This document shows, piece after piece, positions 37,540-47,985 of a stretch of 64,000 nucleotides of DNA. Source of the DNA: a candidate division WOR-3 bacterium (GTDB taxonomy: Bacteria > Hydrothermota > Tepidihabitantia > B3-TA06). The position numbers and the translations under genes were made by a program. The notes below the pieces were generated by a model, which saw only the letters and a list, made by a program, of their open reading frames with translations, was not told the origin of the DNA and ran no database searches. Position 1 is the first letter of the stretch; each line of letters opens with the position of its first letter. The stretch lies in NCBI GenBank assembly GCA_965649265.1, contig CBFGKC010000001.1:190613-254612 (forward strand), given 5' to 3'.

Positions 37540-38475
37540 TCAGCTTCCGCCAAGCAACTTGTAAAGTATGGCCTTTTGAATGTGAAGCCTGTTTTCCGCT
37601 TCGTCGAGCACGACGGAGTGGGGCCCGTCGAGCACCTCGTCCGTTATCTCCTCGCCGCGGTGGGCGGGCAGGCAGTGTTCAACCAGGGCATCTGCTTTGG
37701 CGTGGCTTACGAGTTCTGCATTCACCTGGAAGGGGGCAAAGGTTTTCTTTCTTTCCTGAGCCTCTGCCTCTTGACCCATTGAGGCCCACACGTCCGTGTA
37801 GAGCACATCCGCGTCGGCCGCCGCTTCCTTCGGGTCATTGGTAATCAAAACCTCGGCACCCGTCTTTTTGGCGTCTTCACGGGTTTTCTCGATGAAGTCC
37901 TTCCCGGGTTCATAACCCTTGGGACATCCTATGGCCACGCTTGCGCCCAGTTTTGCCGCCGTAAGCATAAGGGAGTGAGCCACGTTGTTGCCGTCACCAA
38001 TGTACGCAAGCTTGATAGAGGTCCAGTCGAACGCGTCTTCATTGCCCGCCTTGCCTTTATGATCAAGCACCGTCAGAAAGTCCGCAAGCGCCTGGCAGGG
38101 GTGCTCGGCGTCGGAGAGTGCGTTGACCACCGGCACGGTTGCATACTCTGCAAGCTCTTCCACGGTCTTGTGCGCGAAGGTTCTTGCGCTTATCGCGTTC
38201 ACCCACCGGGAGAGATTGGCCGCGACGTCTGGCACCGATTCCCTTTTCCCGAGGCCTATATCCGTCGGCGCGAGGTATAGCACCTGCCCGCCGAGTTGAA
38301 AGAACGCGACGGAGAACGTCACCCGGGTCCGCAGCGACGGTTTCTCGAACACGAGCACCATGGTTTTGCCTTTTGCAATATCCATCTGCTTGAGTTTTAT
38401 CTCGTGTGCCGTCTTGAAAAGCTCCTTGATCTCAGCTCCGGTGAGATCGGAAATGGATACTAGATCCTTCTTCAA
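37540..38475 (-). CDS. argF: Ornithine carbamoyltransferase
   Basis: FEKPSLRTR, HPCQ, GDGNNV, TDVWASMG, HCLP, EAENR. Confidence 0.95.
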   Translation of the reverse strand: MKKDLVSISDLTGAEIKELFKTAHEIKLKQMDIAKGKTMVLVFEKPSLRTRVTFSVAFFQLGGQVLYLAPTDIGLGKRESVPDVAANLSRWVNAISARTFAHKTVEELAEYATVPVVNALSDAEHPCQALADFLTVLDHKGKAGNEDAFDWTSIKLAYIGDGNNVAHSLMLTAAKLGASVAIGCPKGYEPGKDFIEKTREDAKKTGAEVLITNDPKEAAADADVLYTDVWASMGQEAEAQERKKTFAPFQVNAELVSHAKADALVEHCLPAHRGEEITDEVLDGPHSVVLDEAENRLHIQKAILYKLLGGS

Positions 38476-38515
38476 CTATCCTCCTTCGAGATCATTCTTG
38501 GTCCTTATTTCAGGA

Positions 38516-40801
38516 TTAATTAACGATGATTACTTTCTTGTTTGTCTCCCCGGTACTTGACGTTGTGCGAATGAAGTAGACTCCGGCGGTAATCGTGACA
38601 TCAGATTCGCTCAGATCCCACGTCAGCGGAGCCAATCCTTGAGTCTGTGTTACCTTCCTTCCTGATGCATCAAAGAGTACCGCTTTCAGCGCCGTGCCTT
38701 TAGGTCCTTCAAAGTGAAGGACACCCTTTGATATCGTCTCAAGAAGAGCCACGGGAGCCGGCCTGATCTCCGCAAGCTCGTGAACTCCGGTGGATACTTT
38801 GCCTTTGAAGGAAGTCAAAGCGATATCGTCTACGTACCAGCCGTCGGCTTCTACGCCGCTGTCGGCGCTCAAGATGAACCTTATCTGAAAGTCTTTTGAA
38901 CCGACGAAGTCCGAGAGATCAAAACTCTCCTTTTTCCACGTATTGTCGACTCCGGACCAGTGCTTTAAGGTAACCCAATCCGCAAGTTGTGAGCTCTTGA
39001 TCTGCAGCGCGGCCCAATCGAAGCCTTTTTCCAGCTCAAAGTGATGCCAGAAGCTCAACTCGGGTGCCACCCTGTTCTCAAGATTCAACTTGGGACTCTC
39101 GAGATAGTAGAATGAGGGTGAACCGTAATTACCTGTCGGGGAATCGGTAATCGAGTACTTTCCCGAGTGCTTCGATGTGGTCGTCAGAGACCAGTTCGAG
39201 TTCCATCCGGGATACTGCATGTCATCGAAATTCTCGGTGATGAGCGAGTCACACTTGCCGACAGGGATTTCAAGATTATGTATAAATTCATGCCCGGCCG
39301 CAGTTATCGTTAATGTCACAGGTATAGCCGAATCGGGTTTCGCCGAAGCCGATACCGTGAGTTCAAACGGGTCAGAGGAGTTTGAACCCTCGCTGCGCAT
39401 GGAAAGTGAAGCGATGCTGGCGTCAGGCTTGTCTATTGTAACCCGTGAGTCCTGTGATTCGAGTTTGAGGGAAATGGTTTTGGAGGAGTCCTTCACGCTC
39501 AGATTCTTGATTCCGACGGTAAGCTCGATCGATTCTCCCGGTGAGATGACGGCGTCCCCTCCGTCGGACCAAGAAACCGACATCAGCTCCGGATATACGG
39601 ACGCCGCTTTTGCCGTTGCCAGCAGAAACGGGTGAGTTTCAGCCAGTTGTTCATCTATGGCGTATTCCTGCCAGAAATCTTCTCCTATTTCGGGAGTCAC
39701 GGAGAGTATCCGGTTCTTTGCCTCCGTCTCTCCGTACATCCAGTCGTCGGAGTCCCCGTTTGTGTTATAAAGCAGGTATCCCGTGATTACACTATAGTAC
39801 TTTGCCCGCGATTCGATCTCACTCCAGGAACCCGTGCGCGTCGCTTCCTCACCCCAGTCGAAATACGGGAAAGAATCGGCACAGCTTAAATCGATATAAC
39901 CCCATGGGTACAGAAACAGATTGGAATAGCTGTGGAAGTTGAGGCCGAGAACGAAATTGTGAGCCTTGCAGAGGTTCATAATCGACTGTGTTTCAGGTTC
40001 TGAGCCGGGATTCGGACCCCGATAGGAATCCGAGCGAGTATTCGGCGACGATCCTTCGTCATCGTAACCCCACTGGTACGTGTAATTACGGTTGATATCC
40101 ACCCCTGGATTCATGGCGCTTCCGGGGCGGCCATTCTTGCGGAACATACCTCCTCCCCCCGGGTCGTTTGCCTCGTTGATCAGATACCCGTCGGGATTGA
40201 CCATGGGAACTATCCAGATTTGTCTGTTATCGACGAAATACGTCGCCAAAGGATCCTTCCCGTAGTTTTCACAAAGCCACCTTGCCCATTCGACACAAAT
40301 CTGCACGGAGATCGGTTCCCTTGCGTGGTGCAAGCCGGTATAGAGAACCTCAGGTTCGTCCTCCTCCGTCTCCACGTTATCCGATATCTTGACCGCCCAG
40401 ACAGAGTTAGAATCCCACGTCATATCGTTCGTGTCGTTAGGGAGAGCCATCCTGGCCGTCATTATATCGGGGAACCGCTCGTGCAGCGAATCGAGAATAG
40501 CCACAGCCTCATGGTAGCAATAGTAATTGCCGAAAGGGCCATCTCCGGCCATCTTCGATGCATAATACGACTCCAGATCGGGCACAAGGACCCTGTATCC
40601 GATTCCGGCGTTGTCGAGTAGGGACAGTTCTTGTCCGGTAACTATGACATCGGCCCAGAATCCGGGTTTCACATTGACCACATCGAGTTCTGCCATCACT
40701 TGTGGAGGCGGAGGGGAGGACAAATCTACACGCACTTTCGACCATGTTTCGCCCGAAAGTGCGGAGCCCAAAATCAGAATGAAAAAGGCTGCATTTTTCA
40801 T
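38516..40801 (-). CDS. M14 zinc carboxypeptidase (carboxypeptidase T-like) with Ig/MAM-like domains and CTD
   Basis: HHARE, NPDG, RKN, GVDINRN, SEPET, FHSYS, TPE; tail FDASGR...AGVYF...KKVIIVN. Confidence 0.92.
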   Translation of the reverse strand: MKNAAFFILILGSALSGETWSKVRVDLSSPPPPQVMAELDVVNVKPGFWADVIVTGQELSLLDNAGIGYRVLVPDLESYYASKMAGDGPFGNYYCYHEAVAILDSLHERFPDIMTARMALPNDTNDMTWDSNSVWAVKISDNVETEEDEPEVLYTGLHHAREPISVQICVEWARWLCENYGKDPLATYFVDNRQIWIVPMVNPDGYLINEANDPGGGGMFRKNGRPGSAMNPGVDINRNYTYQWGYDDEGSSPNTRSDSYRGPNPGSEPETQSIMNLCKAHNFVLGLNFHSYSNLFLYPWGYIDLSCADSFPYFDWGEEATRTGSWSEIESRAKYYSVITGYLLYNTNGDSDDWMYGETEAKNRILSVTPEIGEDFWQEYAIDEQLAETHPFLLATAKAASVYPELMSVSWSDGGDAVISPGESIELTVGIKNLSVKDSSKTISLKLESQDSRVTIDKPDASIASLSMRSEGSNSSDPFELTVSASAKPDSAIPVTLTITAAGHEFIHNLEIPVGKCDSLITENFDDMQYPGWNSNWSLTTTSKHSGKYSITDSPTGNYGSPSFYYLESPKLNLENRVAPELSFWHHFELEKGFDWAALQIKSSQLADWVTLKHWSGVDNTWKKESFDLSDFVGSKDFQIRFILSADSGVEADGWYVDDIALTSFKGKVSTGVHELAEIRPAPVALLETISKGVLHFEGPKGTALKAVLFDASGRKVTQTQGLAPLTWDLSESDVTITAGVYFIRTTSSTGETNKKVIIVN

Positions 40802-40802
40802 G

Positions 40803-41438
40803 CTAGCTCCTTTCAAGTCGCCTAGTTACGATAGTAAGCCATGCCTTTAAGAGTTTCCCCTCAGGCGATGCCCACACAACCAGGAGCGGCTCATGTTCAA
40901 GGTTTCCTTTACTGTCAACCCAGCCTGCCATACTGTATATCGCCACTTTCTTATCTGAATCATAACCCTCAAGTCTCAGATAGCCGTCCGTCTCCCAGCC
41001 GTCTAACCCTTTATTCCTGATTAGACGAGAGATGCGCTTTCCTTGTTTGCGGAGCAAAGTGTTAACCTGGTTACGCACCGCTTGTCTCGAAAGCGGGGTT
41101 TCACCGTAATCCAGGAGTCGGGCCTTGACCACATAGCCCCATGCTTCTTTCCCGCACGGTGTTACGTGCACGTTCAGCGCGCCACCGTTGTAAGGTTCAA
41201 TGATGGTATCTAACATCAGTCGAGCCACACGAAAGGCCGTATCGTTCTCTATTCTGGTGACATCCAGAACCTGGAGTTTATCGGAGAGCATCGTAAGGGT
41301 TGCCGTGAGGGTCGTGTCATTTGAGCCGAACTCGAGCGAGTACGAAGGAACCACGGGCGGCCTTTCGTCATACATGGCAATCCTCAGGGTGCAGCCTGAA
41401 ATCAGGAAAGAAACGAGAGCGGCGGAAAGAAAACGCAT
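40803..41438 (-). CDS. Hypothetical lipoprotein
   Basis: MRFLSAALVSFLISGC lipobox; promoter TTGACT(41471)-N16-TATACT ends 5 nt before ATG. Confidence 0.7.
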   Translation of the reverse strand: MRFLSAALVSFLISGCTLRIAMYDERPPVVPSYSLEFGSNDTTLTATLTMLSDKLQVLDVTRIENDTAFRVARLMLDTIIEPYNGGALNVHVTPCGKEAWGYVVKARLLDYGETPLSRQAVRNQVNTLLRKQGKRISRLIRNKGLDGWETDGYLRLEGYDSDKKVAIYSMAGWVDSKGNLEHEPLLVVWASPEGKLLKAWLTIVTRRLERS

Positions 41439-41578
41439 CAAAGAGTATAATATAGCCTGAATTTGAGTCAACCCGGTTGTTTTTGTCATAAAACAGGCAC
41501 CTCGAAAAAAAGAGCAGGCAAGAAGGCATACAGATCGAAGACCCGTAAATGGGGTCAGGGGAGAGCGTGCCGAGGAGT

Positions 41579-42451
41579 TTATATCTTTACGGCGGTTCGT
41601 TTTCGCTGGCGCAATACCTGGACCGAATCAAACCCCGCTTCCCGGAGAAGCTGCCGCCCCCTTCGTTCAGCGTAACCTATCTCGTAATACTTATGCGCGT
41701 CCGAACCGTACGTTACCATTCCGCCGGCGGATGCCAGGAGGCGCAGAATATCTTTGCCTGGGAAGGGCTCATCCGTGGCTTGTCTCCAGCCCGAGGTGTT
41801 CAACTCGACCACCAGACCATTGCTTGCGGCGGTGGAGATGATTCTTCCAACCAATTCGGAGTAATCGCCCCTTAAGTAGTTCTGCGGCGCGTACATGTAT
41901 TTACGCACGTAATCAAGGTGGCCGAGTATCTGGAACAGGCCGCTCGAGGCCGCTCCAAGCAGGGACTCGAAGTACGGGGTAAAGGAGAGCCCCTTGTCTT
42001 CGGTCTCCCTCACCCATTTTGAAACGAGTGTACCCTGCACGTAATGCACCGACCCTATGGCATAGTCGAAGGGTTGTGAGGCCAGGAAATCCTTGATTTC
42101 CCTTTCCATCCCCGGGATGAATCCTGCCTCCACCCCGTAAAGTATCTCGAGCCTTCCCTCGTAAACGGTGCGCAGACGCTTTATCTCTTCAAGAATCGCG
42201 CTCCCCGCGTATCTTTCGGACACATAAGCCTCGTCCTCATGAACGAATTCGGCGTGGTCGCTGAAGCCTATGACCTTCAGACCCCTTGCGACAGCGGCCC
42301 GGCAGGCTCTTTCAGGTGGTATCTGCGAATCTGGAGAGAATGTCGTGTGCACGTGAAGGTCAATGCCGGGGCCGGCTCCTTCAGGTCGTGCGCTATAAGA
42401 ATTTTCCCGCTCTCCCTTTCCCGCCGCCGATCTCGTAGATGCGTTTTTCAT
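41579..42451 (-). CDS. PHP-family histidinol-phosphatase-like protein (HisJ family)
   Basis: DLHVHT, FSDH, GVE, IGSVH, GHLD, ELNTSG, GSDAH. Confidence 0.88.
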   Translation of the reverse strand: MKNASTRSAAGKGERENSYSARPEGAGPGIDLHVHTTFSPDSQIPPERACRAAVARGLKVIGFSDHAEFVHEDEAYVSERYAGSAILEEIKRLRTVYEGRLEILYGVEAGFIPGMEREIKDFLASQPFDYAIGSVHYVQGTLVSKWVRETEDKGLSFTPYFESLLGAASSGLFQILGHLDYVRKYMYAPQNYLRGDYSELVGRIISTAASNGLVVELNTSGWRQATDEPFPGKDILRLLASAGGMVTYGSDAHKYYEIGYAERRGRQLLREAGFDSVQVLRQRKRTAVKI

Positions 42452-42476
42452 TGTAATTCCTTGCTTTGAGATGACG

Positions 42477-43451
42477 TCAGGTCTTTCGATGCATCCACAC
42501 GTCGCGGTTGAGGATGTTTGAGGGTATCTGGCCGGCGAAGACCTTGAGCACCGCGTATGCACAGAGTTCCGACATCGCCGAACGCGTTTCGTAAGTTGCC
42601 GAGCCTACATGCGGAGCCAGGACGACGTTCTCCAACCTCAAAAGCTCCGGTGAAATGTCCGGTTCCCATTCGTAAACGTCAAGGCCGGCCGCCGCAAGGG
42701 TGCCTGCTTTAAGAGCCGCGACCAGCGACTTCTCGTCGATTATCGCTCCGCGCGCGGTATTTACAAGAACCGCGGTCGGCTTCATCCTGAACAACTGGTG
42801 GGCGTCAATCAGGTGTTTGGTATACTTTGTCAGCGGAAGATGTATCGAGATGAAATCGGATGTGTGCATGAGGTACGAGATATCCACCTTCTTCGCGCCC
42901 AGCTCGGTCTCCAGTGCCTCGTTGGGCTTCTCGTCGTAGTACAACACGTTCATCTCGAATCCTCGTGAGGCGAGAGCGAATCGGGTTCCTATCCTGCCTG
43001 TGCCCACGACTCCCAGAGTCTTCCCGCGGATGCCCTGTCCCATGAGGAGCATGGGTCCCCAGCCGTTAAAGCGGCCTTCGCGGGTAAAACGCTCGCCCTC
43101 GCCTATCCTTCGCGCGGCCGCGAAGAGCAGCGCCCACGCGAGTTCGGCGGTGGCGTCCGTGAGCACGTCAGGGGTGTTTGTGACCACTATCCCTTTTTTG
43201 GTCGCGGCATCAACGTCAATGTTGTCGTAGCCCACGGCGAAATTCGCGATGACCTTCAGACGGGGAGCCTGGTCCATAAGCTCGGCGTCCACCCTGTCCG
43301 AGAGCAGCGGTATCAATGCGTCCGCGGTCCTTATCTTTTCCGCGAGAATTGCGCGCGGAACGGGCATGGGCTGCTCATAGACCTCTACCTCGTGGTCCGA
43401 CAGCGCTTCGAGCCCCGAGGGGGGGATGCGCCTGGTAACGTATATCTTCAT
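42477..43451 (-). CDS. D-glycerate dehydrogenase / glyoxylate reductase
   Basis: [49 protein letters not shown]. Confidence 0.92.
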   Translation of the reverse strand: MKIYVTRRIPPSGLEALSDHEVEVYEQPMPVPRAILAEKIRTADALIPLLSDRVDAELMDQAPRLKVIANFAVGYDNIDVDAATKKGIVVTNTPDVLTDATAELAWALLFAAARRIGEGERFTREGRFNGWGPMLLMGQGIRGKTLGVVGTGRIGTRFALASRGFEMNVLYYDEKPNEALETELGAKKVDISYLMHTSDFISIHLPLTKYTKHLIDAHQLFRMKPTAVLVNTARGAIIDEKSLVAALKAGTLAAAGLDVYEWEPDISPELLRLENVVLAPHVGSATYETRSAMSELCAYAVLKVFAGQIPSNILNRDVWMHRKT

Positions 43452-44521
43452 ATACCGAGTTCTCCTGTCTTGCTCTTTGTCCTCCTGCGTTTCTGGCTCG
43501 GGTACTCGCCGAGATGTTGGCAAGCAATATCCGTAACTACCCTTCCCGACGGCGTTCTCGTGATGAAACCTATCTTCAAAAGGAAGGGCTCGACCATGTC
43601 CACGATGGTGTCCTGCTCCTGCTGCAGGGTGGCGGCAATCGCTTCCAGGCCCACAGGACCTCCGCCGTAGAACCTGATAATCGAGCAAAGCAGCGTTCTG
43701 TCCAGGTCCGTAAGGCCTATCTCGTCCACCCCCTCGAGCGCGAGCGCGTCCGATGCTATCTTCTTCGTGATGTGCCCGTCGGCCCGGACCTGGGCATAGT
43801 CGCGCACACGTTTCAGAAGCGTGTTGGCTATTCGCGGCGTTCCCCTTGCCCGTCTCGCGATCTCGAGCGACCCCTCCCCGTCCACCTGAACCTCGAGTAT
43901 CCCCGCCGAGCGTTTGATCACCTTGGCAAGCTCCTCCTCCCCATAGAACTCCACCGACCTTGCGATGCCGAAGCGCTCACGCATCGGTGCAGAGAGCAGC
44001 CCTGGTCTTGTGGTCGCGCCGACCAGAGTGAAGCGCTCCAGTCTGAACCTGTGCGAGCGGGCGTGTGCGCCCTTGTCGAAAATGAAGTCGACGGCGAAGT
44101 CTTCCATGGCCGGATAAAGGAACTCCTCCACGAGCTTCGGGAGCCGGTGAATCTCGTCAATAAAAAGAACCGAGCCTCGTTCCAGGCCGGTAAGATAGGC
44201 AATCAAATCTCCCGCTCTCTCCAGCGCCGGGCCCGACGTCGTCACGATGGACGCATCCATCTCCCTTGCTATCACGTTGGCGAAGGTCGTCTTTCCGAGT
44301 CCGGGCGGTCCGTGCAGCAGAACGTGATCCATGGGTTCGCCCCTTTTCTTTGCCGCCTCGATGGCTATCGAAAGAGTCTCCACGAGCCTTGGCTGTCCTA
44401 TGCATTCCGAAAGCCTCTTCGGCCTCAGATCCCACGTCGCGTTCTCCGGCTCTTTGCCCCCCTCCATCAGTATGTCCTGCCTCGGTTCTCTCTCGTTATC
44501 TTCTTGCCTTGTATACTGCAT
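43448..44521 (-). CDS. ruvB: Holliday junction helicase RuvB
   Basis: [37 protein letters not shown]; start could be 44467. Confidence 0.96.
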   Translation of the reverse strand: MQYTRQEDNEREPRQDILMEGGKEPENATWDLRPKRLSECIGQPRLVETLSIAIEAAKKRGEPMDHVLLHGPPGLGKTTFANVIAREMDASIVTTSGPALERAGDLIAYLTGLERGSVLFIDEIHRLPKLVEEFLYPAMEDFAVDFIFDKGAHARSHRFRLERFTLVGATTRPGLLSAPMRERFGIARSVEFYGEEELAKVIKRSAGILEVQVDGEGSLEIARRARGTPRIANTLLKRVRDYAQVRADGHITKKIASDALALEGVDEIGLTDLDRTLLCSIIRFYGGGPVGLEAIAATLQQEQDTIVDMVEPFLLKIGFITRTPSGRVVTDIACQHLGEYPSQKRRRTKSKTGELGI

Positions 44522-45131
44522 CGAACAGCTCCTCGGGGGTTTCGATTGCCGGGTTTTCCTTGAGCGATTCGTCGACCATCAATACGGCCTCGGCCCGCTT
44601 GTACCCCAGCTGGGATACGAGGACCTCTATAACCTGCAGCCTGAGTTCATCGCTGGTCAAGGGCTCCACGACCTCCTCCTCCTCGATTCTCATGAGCGCG
44701 AACTTTGCCATCTTGCCCGAAAGCGTTGCCGCTATCTTTTCGGCCTTCGACTTCCCGATCCCAGCAAGCTTCGTCAGCACGCCCACGTCCTTGGCCTCAA
44801 TGGCCCTGGCGATGGTCCTTATCGGCATGCTGAGCGCCTTTGCGGCGGCAGTGGGGCCGATGTCCTGTACCGTTATCAGTTTCGTGAAGAACTCGCGCTC
44901 CACCTCGTCCCTGAAGCCTATTAAAAGCGGCTTTGGAGTGCGCTCGGTCTGGTGAAGGTAGATGAAGAGCGAGAGCGCGGGCCGCTCCTCGAGTGACATC
45001 CTTTGAATCCCCAACTCCTTCCATACGATGTGCGGCAGCCTGACTTCGTACCCGATGCTTCCTGAAAGAAGCGTTATCTGTTCCTGCTCCTCGTCGCGGG
45101 CAATCACGCGTCCTTCAAGATAACCTATCAT
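44496..45131 (-). CDS. ruvA: Holliday junction DNA-binding protein RuvA
   Basis: MIGYLEG, GYEV, IGPTAA and [10 protein letters not shown] HhH motifs, LGY C-terminal domain. Confidence 0.92.
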   Translation of the reverse strand: MIGYLEGRVIARDEEQEQITLLSGSIGYEVRLPHIVWKELGIQRMSLEERPALSLFIYLHQTERTPKPLLIGFRDEVEREFFTKLITVQDIGPTAAAKALSMPIRTIARAIEAKDVGVLTKLAGIGKSKAEKIAATLSGKMAKFALMRIEEEEVVEPLTSDELRLQVIEVLVSQLGYKRAEAVLMVDESLKENPAIETPEELFDAVYKARR

Positions 45132-45628
45132 CGTTTGTAAAGTGTAGTCTTGTTGACCGCCCTAGTCAAGGCCGCAGCGGTCAGCGCGACTGCTGCGGCA
45201 TCCGCCGCGTGGGAGGGCTTCAGGGTTTCCTTAAGTCTCAGCCATTTCGAAACCGCTCTTTCGATCTGCATCTTGCCGGCGTTGCCGTTACCGGTAAGTG
45301 TTTCCTTGATCTCGCGCGGCGTAATCTCGGCTATGTCCAGCCTCCTTTTGTGGGCCATGAGCAGAATCACTCCGAGAACCTTCCCTAAAGACAGTGCCGA
45401 TCCCGGCGTGTCGCGGCGGACGAAAGCGGTCTCGACGGCGAGAATGCGCGGCTTGTATTGAGCCTCGATCTCCTCCAGCCTGTCTGAAATAATTGCGAGG
45501 CGAGCCGGCGTCGCCTGGCTCGCCTCTGTTCGTATCACACTCGAATGTAGAAGCTCGAGATCTTTTGCTCCGTCGATTATCGCGACACCTGTCGAAGCAA
45601 GACCCGGGTCAATACCCATTATTCGCAT
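45128..45628 (-). CDS. ruvC: Crossover junction endodeoxyribonuclease RuvC
   Basis: MGIDPGLASTG, AVE, TGNGNAGK, HAADAAAVA. Confidence 0.94.
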   Translation of the reverse strand: MRIMGIDPGLASTGVAIIDGAKDLELLHSSVIRTEASQATPARLAIISDRLEEIEAQYKPRILAVETAFVRRDTPGSALSLGKVLGVILLMAHKRRLDIAEITPREIKETLTGNGNAGKMQIERAVSKWLRLKETLKPSHAADAAAVALTAAALTRAVNKTTLYKR

Positions 45629-45672
45629 ATTCAACCCGTAAACCCCTTCCTTTGCCGGGAAAAGGGACGCGG

Positions 45673-46431
45673 CTACTCCTCTGCCGCGGCGAGCTTCTCC
45701 ATGATCGCCTCAGGGATGTCGAAGTTCGCATAGACGTTCTGCACGTCGTCATGATCCTCGAGTGCGTCAATCAGCTTAAGGACCTTGTGTGCATCCTTCT
45801 CGTCAAGCGTCACCGTGTTCTGAGGTATCTGGGTAAGCTCCGCGTGAAGTATCTCGACGTTCTTTTTCCCTAAAGCGTCTCTTACAGCCGCAAAAGCCGT
45901 AGGTTCCGTGCGGATTTCGTATATTTCACCGTCCTTGCGAAAGTCTTGCGCCCCGGCCTCAAGTGCTATATCGAGCGCCTGATCTTCCGGGTACTTGTCG
46001 GCAGGCAGGTGAATTATTCCGCAGGCTTTAAACTGCCAGGCCACGCTTCCGGCGCCGCCCATGTTGCCGCCGTTACGTGAAAGGATGTGGCGAATCTCGC
46101 TCAACGTCCGGTTCTTATTATCGGTAAGAACCTGTATCACCACTGCCACTCCTGCGGGTCCGTAAACCTCATAGGTTACTTCCTCGTACGAAACGCCGGG
46201 TAGTTCACCTGTTCCTTTCTTTATGGCCCTGTCGATGTTGTCCATGGGCATGTTTGCGGCGCGGGCCGTGTCCACGGCCGTTCGCAGACGGGGATTGGCG
46301 TCCGGGTCGCCTCCGCCTGTCTTTGCGGCGGTCGTAATCTCGCGGATGATCTTCGAAAAGAGTTTTCCGCGTTTCGCGTCAAGCGCGGACTTCTTGTGTT
46401 TTATCGTCGCCCACTTGGAATGGCCTGACAT
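45673..46431 (-). CDS. yebC: YebC/PmpR family protein
   Basis: MSGHSKWATIKHKK, NPRLR, TDNKNRT, DDVQNVYAN. Confidence 0.96.
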   Translation of the reverse strand: MSGHSKWATIKHKKSALDAKRGKLFSKIIREITTAAKTGGGDPDANPRLRTAVDTARAANMPMDNIDRAIKKGTGELPGVSYEEVTYEVYGPAGVAVVIQVLTDNKNRTLSEIRHILSRNGGNMGGAGSVAWQFKACGIIHLPADKYPEDQALDIALEAGAQDFRKDGEIYEIRTEPTAFAAVRDALGKKNVEILHAELTQIPQNTVTLDEKDAHKVLKLIDALEDHDDVQNVYANFDIPEAIMEKLAAAEE

Positions 46432-46457
46432 TTGCCTTTACTCCTGGATTTTGAACT

Positions 46458-46940
46458 TTATTTGTTGGTCTCGGTGCCGTACATGAGCGCTATTACGGTC
46501 TTGCCGTCTTCTTCGGAGACGGTAATGACTGCGCTGAAGTTACCCTTCTTAAGGGTTATGATGAAGCTCTCGCCTTCTTCGCCCGAGCCTGTAAGTCCAC
46601 CTTCGTTGGACCAGCCCTTGCTCGTAAGGCCTTCGTAGTATTTGCTTACGGTCGAAACCGAGGCCTTGGTCTCAAGAGAGGCTATTCCGCCTGTGGCGCC
46701 TTCGTCGCCCATTCCCGAGAACGATCCGATTACTTTAGCGCCGGGGTAAATAAGCTCCTTGGGCAGATCCTTGGGGGCTTTGCCGGTAATATTAATATCA
46801 ACGTCGCCGCCGCCTTCTTTCTCAAGACCTTTCTCGATCATCCGTTCGGTCATTTTCTCCGGCGAGCACGGCGCGCAGCAGTTCAGCGTAAAAACGGCGG
46901 TCAGCGAAAGGACCGCGAGAATAATGAACGTTTTCTTCAT
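46458..46940 (-). CDS. Hypothetical lipoprotein
   Basis: RBS GGAGGAG; leader ending LNCC; PKDLP...YPGAKV...YY...GW pattern. Confidence 0.75.
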   Translation of the reverse strand: MKKTFIILAVLSLTAVFTLNCCAPCSPEKMTERMIEKGLEKEGGGDVDINITGKAPKDLPKELIYPGAKVIGSFSGMGDEGATGGIASLETKASVSTVSKYYEGLTSKGWSNEGGLTGSGEEGESFIITLKKGNFSAVITVSEEDGKTVIALMYGTETNK

Positions 46941-47014
46941 TGTTCTCCTCCAATGGTTTGTCTTAGTGTTTATATTAAAGCTCCAATACCCTGAAGCATC
47001 CTTAAAACAGGCCT

Positions 47015-47593
47015 TTAACCCTTGTTCAGCACAGACCCCAGGCGCATGTAGGCCTTAGGGCCTTCAACGTAAAGATCGCCGCCGTATACGTCGTTGGTCA
47101 CTATGGCGGGAAAGTCCTTAACCTCAAGACGCCTTATTGCCTCGGCACCCAGCTCGGGATAAGCAATCACTTCTGCAGTCTTGATCGAACGCGCAATGAG
47201 AGCGGCCGCCCCGCCTACCGCCGTAAAATAAACCGCGCCGAACTTCTTCATAGCCTCGAGCACGGGAGCGGAACGCTGGCCTTTTCCTATCATACCCCTC
47301 AGCCCGTGCTCGATAAGCAAGGGAGCGTAAGCATCCATGCGGCCGGATGTCGTTGGTCCTGCCGAGCCTATGGGATAACCGGGAGGAGCGGGGGAGGGCC
47401 CTACGTAGTAGATAATTTGACCCGCCAGATCGAACGGAAGATCCTTACCCTCCTTGATGAGTTCCACGAGACGCTTGTGCGCCGCGTCCCTTGCCGTGTA
47501 TATGACGCCCGAAATCAACACGCCGTCGCCCGAGCGCAACTCGGCTATTCTTTCAGGGGTTAAAGGCGTTGTCACAATCTTTCGTTCAGACAT
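47015..47593 (-). CDS. Class I fumarate hydratase (Fe-S hydro-lyase) beta subunit
   Basis: YTARDAAHKR, GPTTSGRMD, MIGKG, GGAAAL, ELGAEA; promoter TTGACA(47637)-N16-TATAGT. Confidence 0.93.
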   Translation of the reverse strand: MSERKIVTTPLTPERIAELRSGDGVLISGVIYTARDAAHKRLVELIKEGKDLPFDLAGQIIYYVGPSPAPPGYPIGSAGPTTSGRMDAYAPLLIEHGLRGMIGKGQRSAPVLEAMKKFGAVYFTAVGGAAALIARSIKTAEVIAYPELGAEAIRRLEVKDFPAIVTNDVYGGDLYVEGPKAYMRLGSVLNKG

Positions 47594-47655
47594 AAAATTC
47601 CTTACGAGGACTATATCCATAAGTCAGCAGTTGTCAATATATTTACAGACCCAAA

Positions 47656-47800
47656 ACCCTTACCCCTGCGGGGCATCCTTATATGCAGCTTCAGTCCAAG
47701 GAAATAACACCCGTACCCCTTCGGGTTCTCCTTATCAAGGGGGGGAGGAGACCGAGTAATCTCCCTCCCCTTGTGGGTGGGAATAGAAGGGAGGGGGGAT
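47656..47800. repeat. REP-like palindromic repeat cluster
   Basis: ACCC(T/G)TACCCCT(G/T)CGGG twice, flanking CATCCTTATATGCAGCTTCAG..AAGGAAATAA; then CTCCTT..GGAGGAG and CTCCCTCCCC..GGGAGGGGGG hairpins. Confidence 0.7.
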
Positions 47801-47824
47801 TCTCGTATCCCCTCGCACTCACCA

Positions 47825-47969
47825 CGTCATTCTGAGGACTGCAGACCAAAGGATGCAGGACGAAAGAATCTCATAGTTTTCAAGAAAAACCGCGTGTTGC
47901 TGAGACTGTGGTTTCCCTGTGAGACCCTCACGTCGTTTCGGCCTCCGGCCTTCACTTCTCAGGGTGACG
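47825..47969. repeat. REP-like inverted-repeat element (GTCATTCTGAG...CTCAGGGTGAC type)
   Basis: CGTCATTCTGAG...CGAAAGAATCTC / GAGACCCTCACG...CTCAGGGTGACG imperfect terminal inverted repeats. Confidence 0.65.
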
Positions 47970-47985
47970 GCTGTGAGTGACGCTT

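Noticed and set aside
43514-44563. Long plus-strand ORF (349 aa), and similar ones such as 22107-22880
   Set aside because: Antisense shadows of ruvB and the Dpm1-like gene, with no motifs or RBS.
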